From Octopus sinensis (Eukaryota): DNA of 64,000 nt. This document shows positions 23,702 through 38,454 of this stretch, one piece after another; the first letter of the stretch is position 1; every line of letters starts with the position of its first letter. Both the position numbers and the translations under genes were made by a program. Below the pieces are notes generated by a model. It had not been told where the DNA came from, searched no databases, and saw only the letters and a program-made list of their open reading frames with translations. Where the stretch lies: the NCBI RefSeq assembly GCF_006345805.1, contig NC_043004.1, positions 74,896,001 to 74,960,000 of the forward strand, in the 5' to 3' direction.

Positions 23702-26700
23702 GAGGCAGCATAAGGAGTTCAAGATGAGTGTACATGTTAGGCTTGGTGACAGGCAATGAATAAAAAAAATCCACTATACAGACATACACAATGAAACAGA
23801 GAAATTCAGAGAGATGGAGGAGAGAGAGAGAGGAAGAGAGAAGAGGAGGGAGAGAGGGAGGGAGGGAGGAGGGAGAGAGATGGAATAAGATAGAAAGAGA
23901 GATCACTTACCTTTTGGATACTTGTATGGTGGGAATGCAATTACACTGCTTGGAGAAAAGAGTTGGTCTCTCAGAGTAACATTTATACCTCGTCCAAATT
24001 TATCCATTTGCATCAGTTTGCCTTCATTTTGGGACACCCAGTATATTTCACTTTCATACAGGTCAATACTCACTGGGTTAATTGCTGAAATGACAACGGG
24101 TATATGTTTGATGCTCAAGAAAAATGGAATAATCTTTGATGTTTTGAACCTGTGCTCTTCTTCAGAAACAAACGAGGAAAGAAAACAAAGGAGGGTGGAA
24201 AAACAATGTATCATATATATATGCTGGTATGTTTATGTCTGCATAACTTATTCTATCGGCCTCTTTTGTCGAACCACTAAGTACTAGGCTTACAAAGAAT
24301 AAGTCCTGGGGTTGATTTGCTCGACTAAAGGCAGTGCTCCAGCATGGCCACAGTCAAATGACTGAAACAAATAAAGAATAAAGAGAATATGTACACACTG
24401 TATTTGATGCCGTGCAAGATACACCTTTTCCCCAAAAAAATTTGTCTCAAAAAATATCCCCATTGAACCCAAGTTAGATCACGCATAAGTTTTAATGCAC
24501 TAAAACCTTCTTTACCTGAATATGCACTGCTGAAATTAGGGTACCCATCAAATGTACCCATGCATTTTTTATGCCTTCAAATAGTGTACATACATCATTG
24601 TATAGGAAACAAAATTGATTTACTCTATGAAAAAAGATTTATTTGTGGCTGTGTGGTAAGAAGCTTGCTTCCCAACCACATGGTTCCAGGTTCAGTCCCA
24701 CTGTGAGATAACCATCATGCTGTCGTGTTTATGTTTGTGGAGTTTTAGAAATGGTAGCACCTTAGACCAAAAGTGTCTCTCTTTTACTTCTTTTATTTAT
24801 CAAACTGTGACCATGCTGGGGCAGTGTCTTAAGGATAAAAATCCATCCAGTTAGGTGGATGGATTTTATTTGAACCTGTACTTAAAGGTGGTGGAAATTA
24901 AGCCATTGCTCCCATTTAACATTCCAACTGTCCCTCAAATACTTTTAGCAGAATCCACTATTGTGAACATTCAGACCAGATTAAAGGAGGCCCTGTAAAA
25001 AGACCTTGGGTACTGCCCCTATCCCTTGCCTCTTCATAAGCAAAAATAAATAAATCTGATACCATTTCCAATAACAACCACTTGGTCGGTGCCATCCGGT
25101 TTCATTGACAGGATTCTGTTGAATTTGGAATCAGACCAGAACACACGATTGTTCATGAAGTAATCGATGGCAATTCCACTTGGTCGTGCCAGTTCTTTGT
25201 TCACTAGAACCTGTCTTCTCTCACCAGTCATCCAAGACCTTTCTATCTTTGGGTTGTAACTGTTTATATCTGTCCAGTACATCCAGCTGAAAAAGTGCAT
25301 GGGAAACAAGCATAAGATTTATGATGATGACGGGAGAGAGAGAAGGAAGAGGAAGAAGCATACACACATGCATGAAAATAAAGAATACTGGTGGAGCATT
25401 CGAAGGAAAAGAGCAACCTGGCATAACCCTAATGGGTCACATACAATTATAATCCATGGGAAGCAAAAATGATGCCATGATGAAGAGATCAACTGATCAG
25501 TGCATATGAATATTTCATCAAATATTGGGGGAGTTAGGAGCATTGATGGAGAACTAATGGAAAATATGCAACTATTAAATCCAGGTGAGGAATTTTTGTT
25601 TGTACCTATTGTCCTCCTTGCATTGGGTTACATAACAACAGAAAATCCCTAGAAATGCTGGGGTTTCCCAAGAAAGTACAAAGCAAACTGATTCACACCC
25701 CTTAAACACACCCGGTTAGTGGCACAGTGGAATTTGCAGATGATTTGTTTATAGGGATCAAACATATATGAGCTGTACTTTAACTCCCTCCCTTCATCGA
25801 ATTGACATTGCTTGTACAGGTGCGCAAGTGTGCTTGTACAGGTGTGTAAGTGTGCCTGGACAGGTGTGCAATGTCAGACAATGAAGTGATTGCAGAGCAA
25901 CGTGAAATGGTGAAATGAAGTGTTTTGATCAACAAGAATACAACAGGAATTGAACCCATGGTGCTGTGACTGTGAGTGAGTGCCATTTTCTAAATGTTTG
26001 AAGTGCCATCCCCTAAATGCTTGAGTGTCACAAGTGCCATTCCATAAAGGTTTGAACATTCTCTAAATGTTGAAAATGGCAACAAAGACAAGTTTCATGG
26101 CAAGACACTATAAATGCTACATGCCCAAAATGTTGTCACTTGTCGTCACATCTGTGAGATACATCATCCAAAGATCATATTTCATCACCTCGTTCCACAT
26201 CTTCCTGGGTCTACTGCTTCTTCTGGTTCCCTGCACAGTTAGTGATTGGCACTTCTTTATGCAGCTGCCCTCATTCATAAGCATCACATGTCCATACCAG
26301 TGCACTCTCCTCTGTTGCACACTACATTTGGTGCCTCCTATATATCTGGTGCCTCTTATACATCTGGTACCTCTTGTACATCTGGTGCCTCTTGTACATC
26401 TGGTGCCTCTTATACATCTGGTGCCTCTTGTACATCTGGTGCCTCTTGTACATTTGGTGCCTCTTGTACATCTGGTGCCTCTTGTACATCTGGTACCTCT
26501 TGTACATTTGGTGCCTCTTGTACATCTGGTGCCTCTTATACATCTGGTGCCTCTTGTACATCTGGTGCCTCTTGTACATTTGGTGCCTCTTGTACATCTG
26601 GTGCCTCTTGTACATCTGGTACCTCTTGTACATCTGGTGCCTCTTGTACATCTGGTGCCTCTTGTACATCTGGTGCCTCTTGTACATCTGGTGCCTCTTA

Positions 26701-28175
26701 TACATCTGGTGCCTCTTGTACATCTGGTGCCTCTTGTACATCTGGTGCCTCTTGTACATCTGGTGCCTCTTGTACATCTGGTGCCTCTTGTACATCTGGT
26801 GCCTCTTGTACATTTGGTGCCTCTTGTACATCTGGTGCCTCTTGTACATCTGGTACCTCTTGTACATTTGGTGCCTCTTGTACATCTGGTGCCTCTTGTA
26901 CATCTGGTGCCTCTTGTACATCTGGTGTCTCTTGTACATCTGGTACCTTTGTACATCTGGTGCCTCTTCTACCCAGTTTTTCTCCTGAGAAACACTCTGT
27001 CGTACATGCACACTGACATTGCACATCCAGTGAAACACACCAGCTTCATTTCTTTCAAGCTTTGCCGGCCCATGCAGTCACAGCCCATGTTTCACTGACA
27101 TGTAGCATGGCTGTTCGCACATAAGCACCATAAAATCTGCCTTTCACTCTGCAGGAGAGGCCCTTCGTTACCAGCAAAGGTAGAAGCTCCCTGGACTTTG
27201 CCCAGCCGAGTCTTGTTCTGGCAGCTTCATTCTCAGAGCATCCCCTTCACCTGATGACTGTCCAATCACAATCGTCTTTATGTGCAACAATAAATATTTC
27301 AGTCAAATGTTCATGGATTTTGCTTCCAATTATTCACACAACCAATAAAATACATGTTTGTTCACTAACTCAACAATTACAACCCAACCACCAATGGTAA
27401 CATAAGGGTCACAACCAACCCCACCATCTGTAAATGCAAAATAAAATATGTTTGCTATAACTGATCAACATGATCCGTATGTCACTAAGCCAATGACAAA
27501 ACATTCTGATGAAATATGTGAAATCATTGATATATGAAAAAAAAGAAAGAGAAAATCTTTATGTTTGCAAATATTCCAGTCAAAATTAGTGTTGTCTTTG
27601 AGGTTGGTGTTTCGTTATGGCTTCAAAACAGGGCAGGTGAAAATACCTCAAGAATATAATGAGTGATCAATAATGTGTCTCTTGAATGAAAATGCCTACC
27701 CAGTCTGTGAGTTAACGACAATAGCATAAGGTCTACGAAGTTCTGTTTTGATTAAAGTGTATCTGTATCTTCCATCTTTAGCCGCCACAGATATTGTTTT
27801 CTTTTTGGAGTCAGTCCAGTAAACATTCCTGTTATAAAAAGAGGAAAATATGAAATTAACATTATTGCTGCTGAAGTTATTGAAAATTTATCAGGAATGA
27901 TAAAAGTCAAAGAAAAGAATAAATGGCACCTGCTTATCAAATTAAAATAAGATACGACCATTTAGTTAAGAAGATTGTTTTGTGTGTATTCCTGGCTTCT
28001 ATTCCTCAATCATGGCATCAGATGGACTGCTGCTTTGAGAATGGAATTTTGTTCATAGACACTTGGTGAAAGGTCTTCATGCACAAATACACACATATGT
28101 ACGCACACACACACACACATAGTGGGACTGAACTTGGAACTGTGTGATTGAGAAGCAAGGATCTTACCACACAAC

Positions 28176-28216
<41 letters not shown>

Positions 28217-28821
28217 TGTCAGTAAATCATAAATCTGAAAGAGAACCCACACTCTAAGTCATAGAGCAGTACAGTATTTAGATAAAGTTAGTTATGGATG
28301 GTTCATTGGCTTACCCAGATTTCACATCCTACAAAAGTGCTTAGCTTTACATACAGCTTGTCAGACCCTAATGGCCAGCTATTAGGATCTGACATAAGGT
28401 AGGTCTGACATATATAACACAAGTGAAAAGGTGGGGGTGGGGGAGAGAACTAGAGATCACATGTCACTTTCTGTCTTTTCTCTAGACAAAGGCTTTTGGT
28501 TCATGCCTTTTTGTATGTGTTGTGACTAATATATAAAAGATAAAAGATATATATAGGCATCATAATCATCATCAACATCATCATCTTCTTTCAATGTCTA
28601 TTTTCCATGCTGGCATGGGTTGGATGGTTTGACAGGAGCTGGCAAGCTGCAACTGGCCCCAATTGTCGGTTTTGGCAAGGGTTCTATGGCTGGATGCCCT
28701 TCCTGATGCCAACCACTTTATTGTGTACAGAATGGTTTCAACAAGGTATCAGCATATATACGTACATATATATATACATATATGCATATATATATACACA
28801 TACATGTTTATATATATATAT

Positions 28822-28864
<43 letters not shown>

Positions 28865-28879
28865 CATATATATATATAT

Positions 28880-28952
<73 letters not shown>

Positions 28953-31900
28953 GTATATATATATATATACATGTATATATATATATATATACATTTATAT
29001 ATATACACACACACATATACTTATACTTGCAGTAGTAGGAGTGCTAGGCAGTAATTAGAAATAAACAAACTTTAGGTTTGTTCCAATACGTTTGTGACAT
29101 ATTTTAACCTCTAAAGGCAAATTCGCTGCATTTTAACCAAGGAGTTCACCAGGGAAGACACTGAGCAGATAAGACATTCTTACTCCTTTTACCATCACCA
29201 TCATCATCATCATCATCATCATCATCATTTAACACCCGTTGTTCATGTTGGCATGGGTTGGGTGCTTTGACTGGGCTGGCACTCTTGACGGCTGCACCAG
29301 ACTCCAGTCTTATTTGGCATAGTTTTCTATGACTGGATGCCCTTTCTAATGCCAACCACTCCAAGAGTGTAATGGGTGCTTTTACGTACCACTGGCACAG
29401 GTGCCATTTGCGTGACACTGGTATCTGCCACGACTGCGATTTTGCTCAGCTTGATGGATCTTCTTCTCAAGCACAACATAATGCCAAAGGCTTTGGTCAT
29501 TGCTTCCATGAGGCCCAACACTTGAAAGGAGCTTGGCCACTTTGTCTCCATGAGTCCCACTGTTCGACAGCAACTCAGCCACCTCACCTCCGTGAGGCCC
29601 ACTTGAAAGGAACTCAGCCACTTTACCTCCATAAGGCCCAACATTCAAAAGGCACTCAGCCACTTTGCTTCCATGAGGCCCAACATTGAAAGGTTGATTT
29701 TTTTTAATTACATGCCACCAGCATGGGTGCACTTGGCTTGATGGGTCTCGGTCACTAGTCATTGATTCTGTGAGGTTCAAAGTTCGAAGGTCATGCTTCA
29801 CCATCTCATCCCAAGTCTTCCTGGGACTACCTCTACCACAGGTTCCCTCTACAGTTAGAGAACAATGTTTCTTTACACAGCTGTCCTCGTCCATATGTAT
29901 CACATTACCATACTAGCACAGTCATCTCTCTTGCGCACCACATCTGATTACTCTTATGCTGAAGGATTCTTCTCCATGGTAAACTGCAGTGAAATTGCCT
30001 TTAGAAGTGAAAATGTGTCAGTTAAAATATATTTTTGAACGAATCTAATCTCTGCTTAGTGCTGCTACTATTGTATCTGCTCTGGCCTGGTGCTTGGCTG
30101 GTCTAAGATAAAGCTATGGCTTTCTAATCTGCCCAGGGTTATCTCTCTTTGGTATCTCCTTCTGAGGAAGGTTAGGGTGCCAGAAACGCCTCTAGGAATT
30201 TGTTAGAAGGAGACACCGAGCAGATAAGGTGTTTTCACACCATTTACCATAAGCAAGAATTTTTTCTCCATGTCACAAACATATTTGAACAAATCTAAAT
30301 TAACACACACACACACACACAGATACATATATGTACACACACAAACATGTATGCACCTATACATATATATATATATATATGTAAATATATAGTTTTTCAG
30401 TTTCCATTTAGCAAATCTACTTACTAACATCAAGGCTTTGGTCAGCCTGGGCCTAAAGTAGAAGACACTTGCTCAAGGTGCCACACACACACGCACATAC
30501 ACACACACACAAACTCACACACACACACAAACTCACACACACACACACGCACACACACACGGAGTTATTTTGTAAACGCAAAACCAAATTTTACAGAAAT
30601 AATGAATAAGAAATGGCTATAATGTTATTTACCCTGATGTCCAGTCGATGGAAATGCCATTTGGTTCATCTAGATTACTGATCATCAGGTCTTGTGGGAT
30701 TCCAACATTATCAGATTTTTGAGAAATATAAGAACGCATCACTGTTTTGCTGATCATATCTGTCCAGTAAAGGGTTGACCGTTCAATGTCGACCGCTAAA
30801 CCCTGCGATTTTTGTATGGAGAGTAAGGTGCTCATGTATTCTTTGATTATGGGATCAAATCTTCGGATGCCGCTACCCACAGACATGAAGATGCTTATTT
30901 TGCCTTCCTCTGTAAAAAAACAACATAAACACCATCAACATCATCGTTTTAACCCTTTAGCATTTAACTGGCCGTATCCGGCCCAAATATTTAAATTGGC
31001 CAAATCCAGCCCCTCACACCTACCCTACAATGTCATTCTGAAAATAAACAATTATATCCTCAGAATCTCAAAGCTATGAGATAAAGCAGTATTAATTCGA
31101 AACAATGTGACTAAATAAGTATTATATTTGACAGATTAATCTGAATGCTAAAGGGTTAATGTCCACTTTTCCATGCTGGCATGGATTGGACAGGAATTTG
31201 TTGAGGTGAATTTTCTATGGCTGGATGTCCTTCCTGTTGCCAACCCTCACCTGTTTCTGAGTAAAATAATATTTCCTCATGACCAGACATGTACTTCAGA
31301 AAACTGGATACAAAGGTCCCCGTGTGGATGGGATAGACAGGATAAAGATCCTTGCTGAGTCAGATACACTCATGAGGGTCGGTTTCCCAGTTCCCATGGT
31401 GTGTATACTTCTCCCCTGGATGGGACACTGGTCTGTTGCAAGATAACTCACTTTTGCCAGCTGAGTTGACTGGAGCAACACAAAATGAAGTGTCTTGCTC
31501 AAGAACACAATGCGTTGCCCAGTCCAGGAATCGAAACCACATTCTTAGGATCATGAAGCCACAATCTCATAATCATATAATCACACACACACACAGGTAT
31601 GTTAATTTACTTACTTGTGTATTTACATTTGGGAGTGGGTAATAAAGGATCTTGGAACCCTTCGTGGCACAGGCATTTGTAGGAACCCTTTATGTTGTTG
31701 CAGAGCTGAGGACATTTGTTATTTGAAAGTTCACACTCGTTAACATCTGAAAAAGAGAATTTCCAATTTAAATCAATGCCTTACGGTTGCCTTACTTCCA
31801 TCTTGATTCTGTTTTATGTCTGCAGAAAGTGGCAGAAAGTTAAAGACCTTGACAATCATCCTCCTCTGCATCATCATCACCATCACCATCATCCATTATC

Positions 31901-32059
31901 ATCAACACCACCACCATCATCATCACCATCATCCATTATCATCAACACCACCACCTTCATCATCACCATCATCCATTATCATCACCACCACCACCATCAC
32001 CATCATCCATCACCATCACCACCACCACCATCATCATCACCATCATCCATTATCATCAA

Positions 32060-32094
<35 letters not shown>

Positions 32095-34706
32095 TCTGTC
32101 ACCATCACCATCACCATCTTCCTCCTCCGCATCATCATCAGCATCAGCTGTGGTATCTCTGTTGGCCCTTCAACTCCAATGGAAAATCCCTCTCTTAATT
32201 GACAGTATAACTACAACATCCACAAGAATTTAGCAAAGCAGACAATTTCTTTCTACAAATGGTTCAAAACTGTTCAAAGAACAAAATGCAAAATACAAAG
32301 ACAGGTGAGGGAACCCCAAAGACAGGTGTATTATTCTACCTACCCACGCATTCTTTTGTCTTTCCATCTTTCATTTTGAAACCGCTTCGACAGGAACATA
32401 TCATACCACCTCCTTCGAGATCCGTGCAATTGTGGGGACACCCTCCATTATCAATGCTGCAGTTGACGGCACCAGCATTTTTAACTGTAGAACATAAAGA
32501 AATATACAAGTTATAGATAAGCTTTCCAAGATCCCACCTGGAGTTTTTATATAATTATTATTTAATATAGTAAAGATTACTATAATCTTTACTATATTAA
32601 ATATAACATGGCAGTCCTGGTTTAGGACTAATGTTGCTGTAATTTAGCCCCAGGAGACATCGTCTCCAGCTGGCTATACGACACGATCTGTGTCCAGGAC
32701 TGCCATGTTATGTTGGCGTACCCCAGTAATAAAATCACATAGACACACACATGTGCACACACAACACCCTAACAAATATTAATCACACACATACACACAT
32801 ACAAACGTACACACATATACACACACACCATCCTACCAAATATAAAACACACACAGACACATTTACACACACCACAAACTCTGGGACCAATCAAAAACGG
32901 CTCCCACACACAAACACAAACACATGTATATACACACGCACATGGAGACGTACACAGACACACACACACACACACACCATTCTGACCTTTAAGACCAGTC
33001 CCCAAAACCACTGAACCATGACAGACTAGCCCAGAAACAAAAAATTCTTTTAATTGCACACTGCTCTTCCTTCCACCCACCCCAACCAATCCTCCACACT
33101 GTCCCTTAATATAGTAAACAATCCTTAGCTACACACAAAATAAAAAATGCTAGAAAACAGGTTGGTTCATCTCATATTCTTTGTAAACTCTTAAATATAT
33201 CTGTTTATGTGTGTATATATATATATATATACTATACCAAACAAACATGATTTTTATTGAATTCCTAATACTTTTTGTTGAATATTTTCTTAAATATTCT
33301 TGTTGAGGGTTGCTTGGTGAAAAATAAAATGATACTTACTGCATCCTATTTCGTCAGATTTATCTGCACAGTCAGCTATTTCGTTGCATACTTTGAATGA
33401 ATCGATGCACTCTTTACTTGTACACTTGAACTGATCTTGTTCACATATTTCTTCCTTCGGTTTGCCTAAGGAAAGCAGATTAATAATGGTTTAATGAAAA
33501 ATCACTGCAGTTTTGCTATTTACTGGAAGTCTTGGTGGCTCAATTAACAAATGGCTTTTAACATGGAGCACAGTGAAGTTTGGAAGTGGAGATGCTGCGT
33601 TATTCAGTTGCCCACACATACTCCACCTCCTCCTCCTTCTCACCACCACCACCACCACTATCATCATCATCATCATCATCTAACATACATGTTCCCTGCT
33701 CAAAGGAAGCAAACAATTTGACAGAGTCATGTGCCTGTACCAATGCCTTCTTTTTGGCATTCTTTCCTTCCTGCCGCCAACCATTCCACAGAGTGAACTG
33801 GGTGCCTGTTTCCCTGTGACAGCAGCACCAGTGATGCTGTCTTATAAATGGACAAGGCTGCCAAGGGCTTAAAGTAGTTTGTATAATGAAAGGAGAAGAG
33901 GAGAGAGTGTGAACAATGATATGGGGCAGGGGAATGAGGGAATGGTAAGAGGGGAAGCTGGGAAAGTTTGACAGGGTGGGAGGACAAGAATTAGTGATAG
34001 TATTGAGAGAAAGAGAAAGGGCATAGAATTGGAAGGGTGACAGAATGGGTGGGTGGGCCTAGGGTATCCAACATTTACAGAGCAAGTACAGGTGTATCAA
34101 ATACCATAGAACATAAGTTCTTGATGCAATATAGGGATAAGCATGTCTGGGCAGAAGGAGGTTTGCTTCCCAACCACATGGTCCCAGGTTCAGTCCCAGT
34201 GCATGACATCTTGGGTAAGTGCTTCTACTATAGCCTTGGGCCAACCAAAGCCTTGTGAGTGGATTTGGTAGATGGAAACTAAAAGCAGCCCATCATACAT
34301 ATTTTGCATATATATATATATATATACACTTGCGTCAGAAATTAATTAGCACTTCTCAAATTTCTACATTAAATAGGTTAAATCAATTAACCTATCAGCT
34401 GTTCAAAATGTCTTACGCGATGAGAAAACTTAGTATGGTGTGATTTCGGTCCTTGCGAGGTGCTACCTATATCTATTAAACAAAGGAAGATTTGTCTGCA
34501 TCCGCACTCCAAGTTGTTGTTGCACTGCTATGTCAACATCATAAGGCTGTAGACTCTCAAACTGCTCTGCAAACAAAGTTACGTCATCGTTCTGCGCAAC
34601 AGTGAACTCGCAACAAAGCAATAGTTCGAGATATGGCCACTAGGTGACAGCACATACCTTGAGTGAAGAGCAAATCAAGGGTGCTAATTAATTTCTGACG
34701 GTAGTG

Positions 34707-34759
<53 letters not shown>

Positions 34760-37700
34760 TTGTGTCTGTGTTTGTCCTACCCTCCCACTGCTTGACAACC
34801 GTTGTTGGTGTGTTTATGTCCCATAACTTAGCAGTTTGGCAAAAGCAGACTGCTGGAATATGTAGCAGGCTTTAAAAAAATGTACTGGGGTCAATTTATT
34901 CAACTGAAAGTTCTTTAAGGCATTGCTCCAGTATGGCCGCAGTCTAATGACTGAAACAAATAAAAGATCATTAAAATTATCTCTGCCTTAGGAAATGGTA
35001 ATGAAAACCGACCATACTGGAGCACGGGAGATAATTTCAAGAGTTCAAATGTCCACAGTTGAGATACCTGTTTCTATTTCTTTACTACCCACAAGGGGCT
35101 AAACACAGAGAGGACAAACAAGGACAGACAAACGGATTAAGTCGATTATATCGACACCAGTGCATAAATGGTACTTAATTTATCGACCCCGAAAGGATGA
35201 AAGGCAAAGTCGACCTTGGCGGAATTTGAACTCAGAACGAATTGGCAGATGAAATACCGCTAAGCATTTCACCAGGCATGCTAATGATTCTGCCAGCTCG
35301 CTGCCTTAGACATACCATTAAGGAAAAGGACAAGCTTATTGTCCAGAGATGAAAGGACAGACATGGACTATCATGTGATTTTCTCCCTCTCTTTTAAGTG
35401 GAGCTGGTCTTCATTGCTGTTTGGTAACTATTAAACATCTTCTAGGAGCAGCGATGATTTTAAGAAACCAAGAATTTATCCTGCATGGCATTTGACATAC
35501 CCGTAGTGGTTTATGTAGTGTGAAGGCACATGGCTTCAGGGTTGGGATATTTAAATCCTGATCATAAGTTCGATTCCTGGCAATGCCTTATGCCCTTGAG
35601 CAAGACACTTCATTTCATGTTACTCCAGTCCACTCTGCTGGTAAAAATGAGTTGCACCTTTATTTGAAAGGGACCAGCCTTGTCACATTCTGTGTTACAC
35701 TGAATCTCCCTGAGAACTACAACAAAGGTGCACGTGTCTGTGGAGTACTCAGCCACTTACATATATTTTACAAGCAGGCTGTTCCATTGATCAGATCAAC
35801 CGGAATACTAATCGTTGTAACCAATGAATTGCCAGTTTTATTTGTCTATGTTGTTCAAATACATGGAACTGGTCACTTTGAGTTAGCTCCCTTAGATTAT
35901 TTCTATTTAAATTATCTGAAGAGCGAGTCCGGGTGGTATCCAAAAGATCGGAAAAGGCTACTTGGATGGCCTCCATGACAATGCGTAAACAATTTAGTAA
36001 AGCAATTTCGGTCAAAGTGAAAAAGAACAATGTCATCAAGACAGAACTGGAAGCGCATTGTGACCAGTGGTGTCTAACAGCGCCTGATAGTCTGGTTGAT
36101 ATTGTGATACCGTAAAGAGCCAGTATGGAGAGAAAGTGCAAGAAGAAGGCTGACAGGAAGGTAGCACTAGATTAGTGTAGAGAGGATCCTGATTGGGTCT
36201 GTGAAAGAAAGAACGGCAGGGAAAGAACTGCTTGGATATGCAAACTAACTGGCACTCCACTGGTGATGGCAACAAAGGCTCCAGTTAACCAAGTCAACAG
36301 ATCATAGGCCGAATACACAAACCACGAAGGCACGGCTTGAATATGAGAGAAGTAAATTCAAATGGAATCTAATGGCTTGATTGTTCATCTTTGAAGAAAA
36401 GTGGGAATGGTGAAGGGGAAGGCATATGGCCAAGTTGTTTGTGTGCTGTCTTCTGGGCTGCAAGATTGTGGCTTTGATTCCTAGAACTGTTGGTGTGTTG
36501 GGTTCTTGAGCAAAGCACTTTATTTCTTGTTGCTTCTGTGCACCCAGCTGAAAATGTGTAACCTTGCAACGACAGACCGGCACCCCATTGCGGTGGATGG
36601 GACTGCTATGGCCTTGGTCACCCACACGCCATGGGAATTGGGCAACTGGTCCTATAAGCCCTAGAATTCAAGATGGTACTCATCACCACCACCACCACCA
36701 TGACCATCATCAACAAGAACAACAACGCTGTCGGGAAATAAACAAAATGCCAATGTAAAAGTGTGTTCTTGAATGGCCAAAATTATTCTCCCATGGCATA
36801 ACTGTCCTGGTCCCACATTGAAGTTATTTGCTAAATAAGCACAACTAGACATTGCCACAAATTGCTTTCTATAACTGGGCAAGAGCTGATGATCAACACA
36901 TTGAAAGCCTCATTGATTTTAGAGTAATTCTGAGGGTGAGGGGCAACAGGTGAATAACAAAACCAAACTTACAAAGGTGATGAGTATTTTCATCTGAACC
37001 ATCTCCACAATTATCTCTTCCATTGCAGACTCGCCATATTGGAATGCATAATAAATTGTTGCAGCGGAATTTTCTCTCTTTTTTTGAACACTCAATTTGA
37101 AGGCATACCTCGCGTGTTTCATCTGATTTATCACCGCAGTCATCGTCACTGTCACACATCCATTGTTTAGGAATGCAGACCTTATTGAGGAAATGAAAGC
37201 ATATAACACAGACATAAATACATACATATCTATATATGAATGAATATATATATAGGGAGAGTTTATGGAATAAACACAAAAGACGAAGACGGGTGGTGTA
37301 CAAAACAAACAGATGTATTAGTATAACGCTCAGGAATAGAAAAAGTCTTTTATGTTTTGAGCCTACGCTCTTCTACAGAAAGGGACACAGAAAACAAGGA
37401 GAGAAAGAAGGAGAGAAAAAAAAGGAGTTATATATGTATGTATGTATGAAAGAAAAAAGAGAAAATGGAGACTGGGAAGTTAATAATTGTTTATTATCAA
37501 CAGCAAATTAATCATCATCCCTACAGCTGTTTCAATTAATACTCAGTAAATTTAAGTAAATATTAAATTCATATAATCTGAGAATAATGTCTTCAGAGGG
37601 GAAAAATATACCCTTGGATGTTTTATATGCATTTATGGATTCATTATAGCAGACCATATGTTTTTTACATATACCTACTATTTCAAAGAAATTTATTCCC

Positions 37701-37998
37701 CCCAAGTACTAGGTATTGAATCAGTATTTCCTTGGATGAAACCATCCTTTCATGAGGTTAACACAACTTCCAATCGAATGCATATATATTTATAAATACA
37801 TACATACATATATATTTATAAATACACACATATATATACATAAATACAGACAAATATATATTTGTATATATACATATATATATACATATATATATATATA
37901 TACATATATATATACATACACACACATATATACACATATACATACACATATATATATATATACATACATATACATCTATATCTATCTATACATACACA

Positions 37999-38056
<58 letters not shown>

Positions 38057-38382
38057 GTGGAGGCACAATGACCCAGTGGTTAGGGCAGCAGACTTGCGGT
38101 CGTAGGATCGCAGTTTCGAATCCCAGACCGGGCGTTGTGAGTGTTTATTGAGCAAAAACACCTAAAGCTCCACAAGGCTCCGTCAGGGGGTGGTGGCGAG
38201 CCCTGCTGTACTCTTTTGCCATAACTTTCTCTCACACTTTCTTCTGTTGGCCTACTCGCTTAGCCAGCGGGGTGGCGTCATTTGAAGGCTAAACCAATGC
38301 GAAGCGCATTGTGACCAGCGATGTGTAGCAACATCTGATAGTCTGGTCGGTCACGGTGATATACAACCCCTATCTCAATTTG

Positions 38383-38454
<72 letters not shown>

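Noticed and set aside
26067-27098. Long ORFs of 204-343 aa as protein-coding genes
   Set aside because: They are produced by a stop-free 18-bp minisatellite inside a LINE remnant.
38057-38135. tRNA gene
   Set aside because: The tRNA-like head continues into a SINE body and LINE-like tail, and no complete acceptor stem could be folded.
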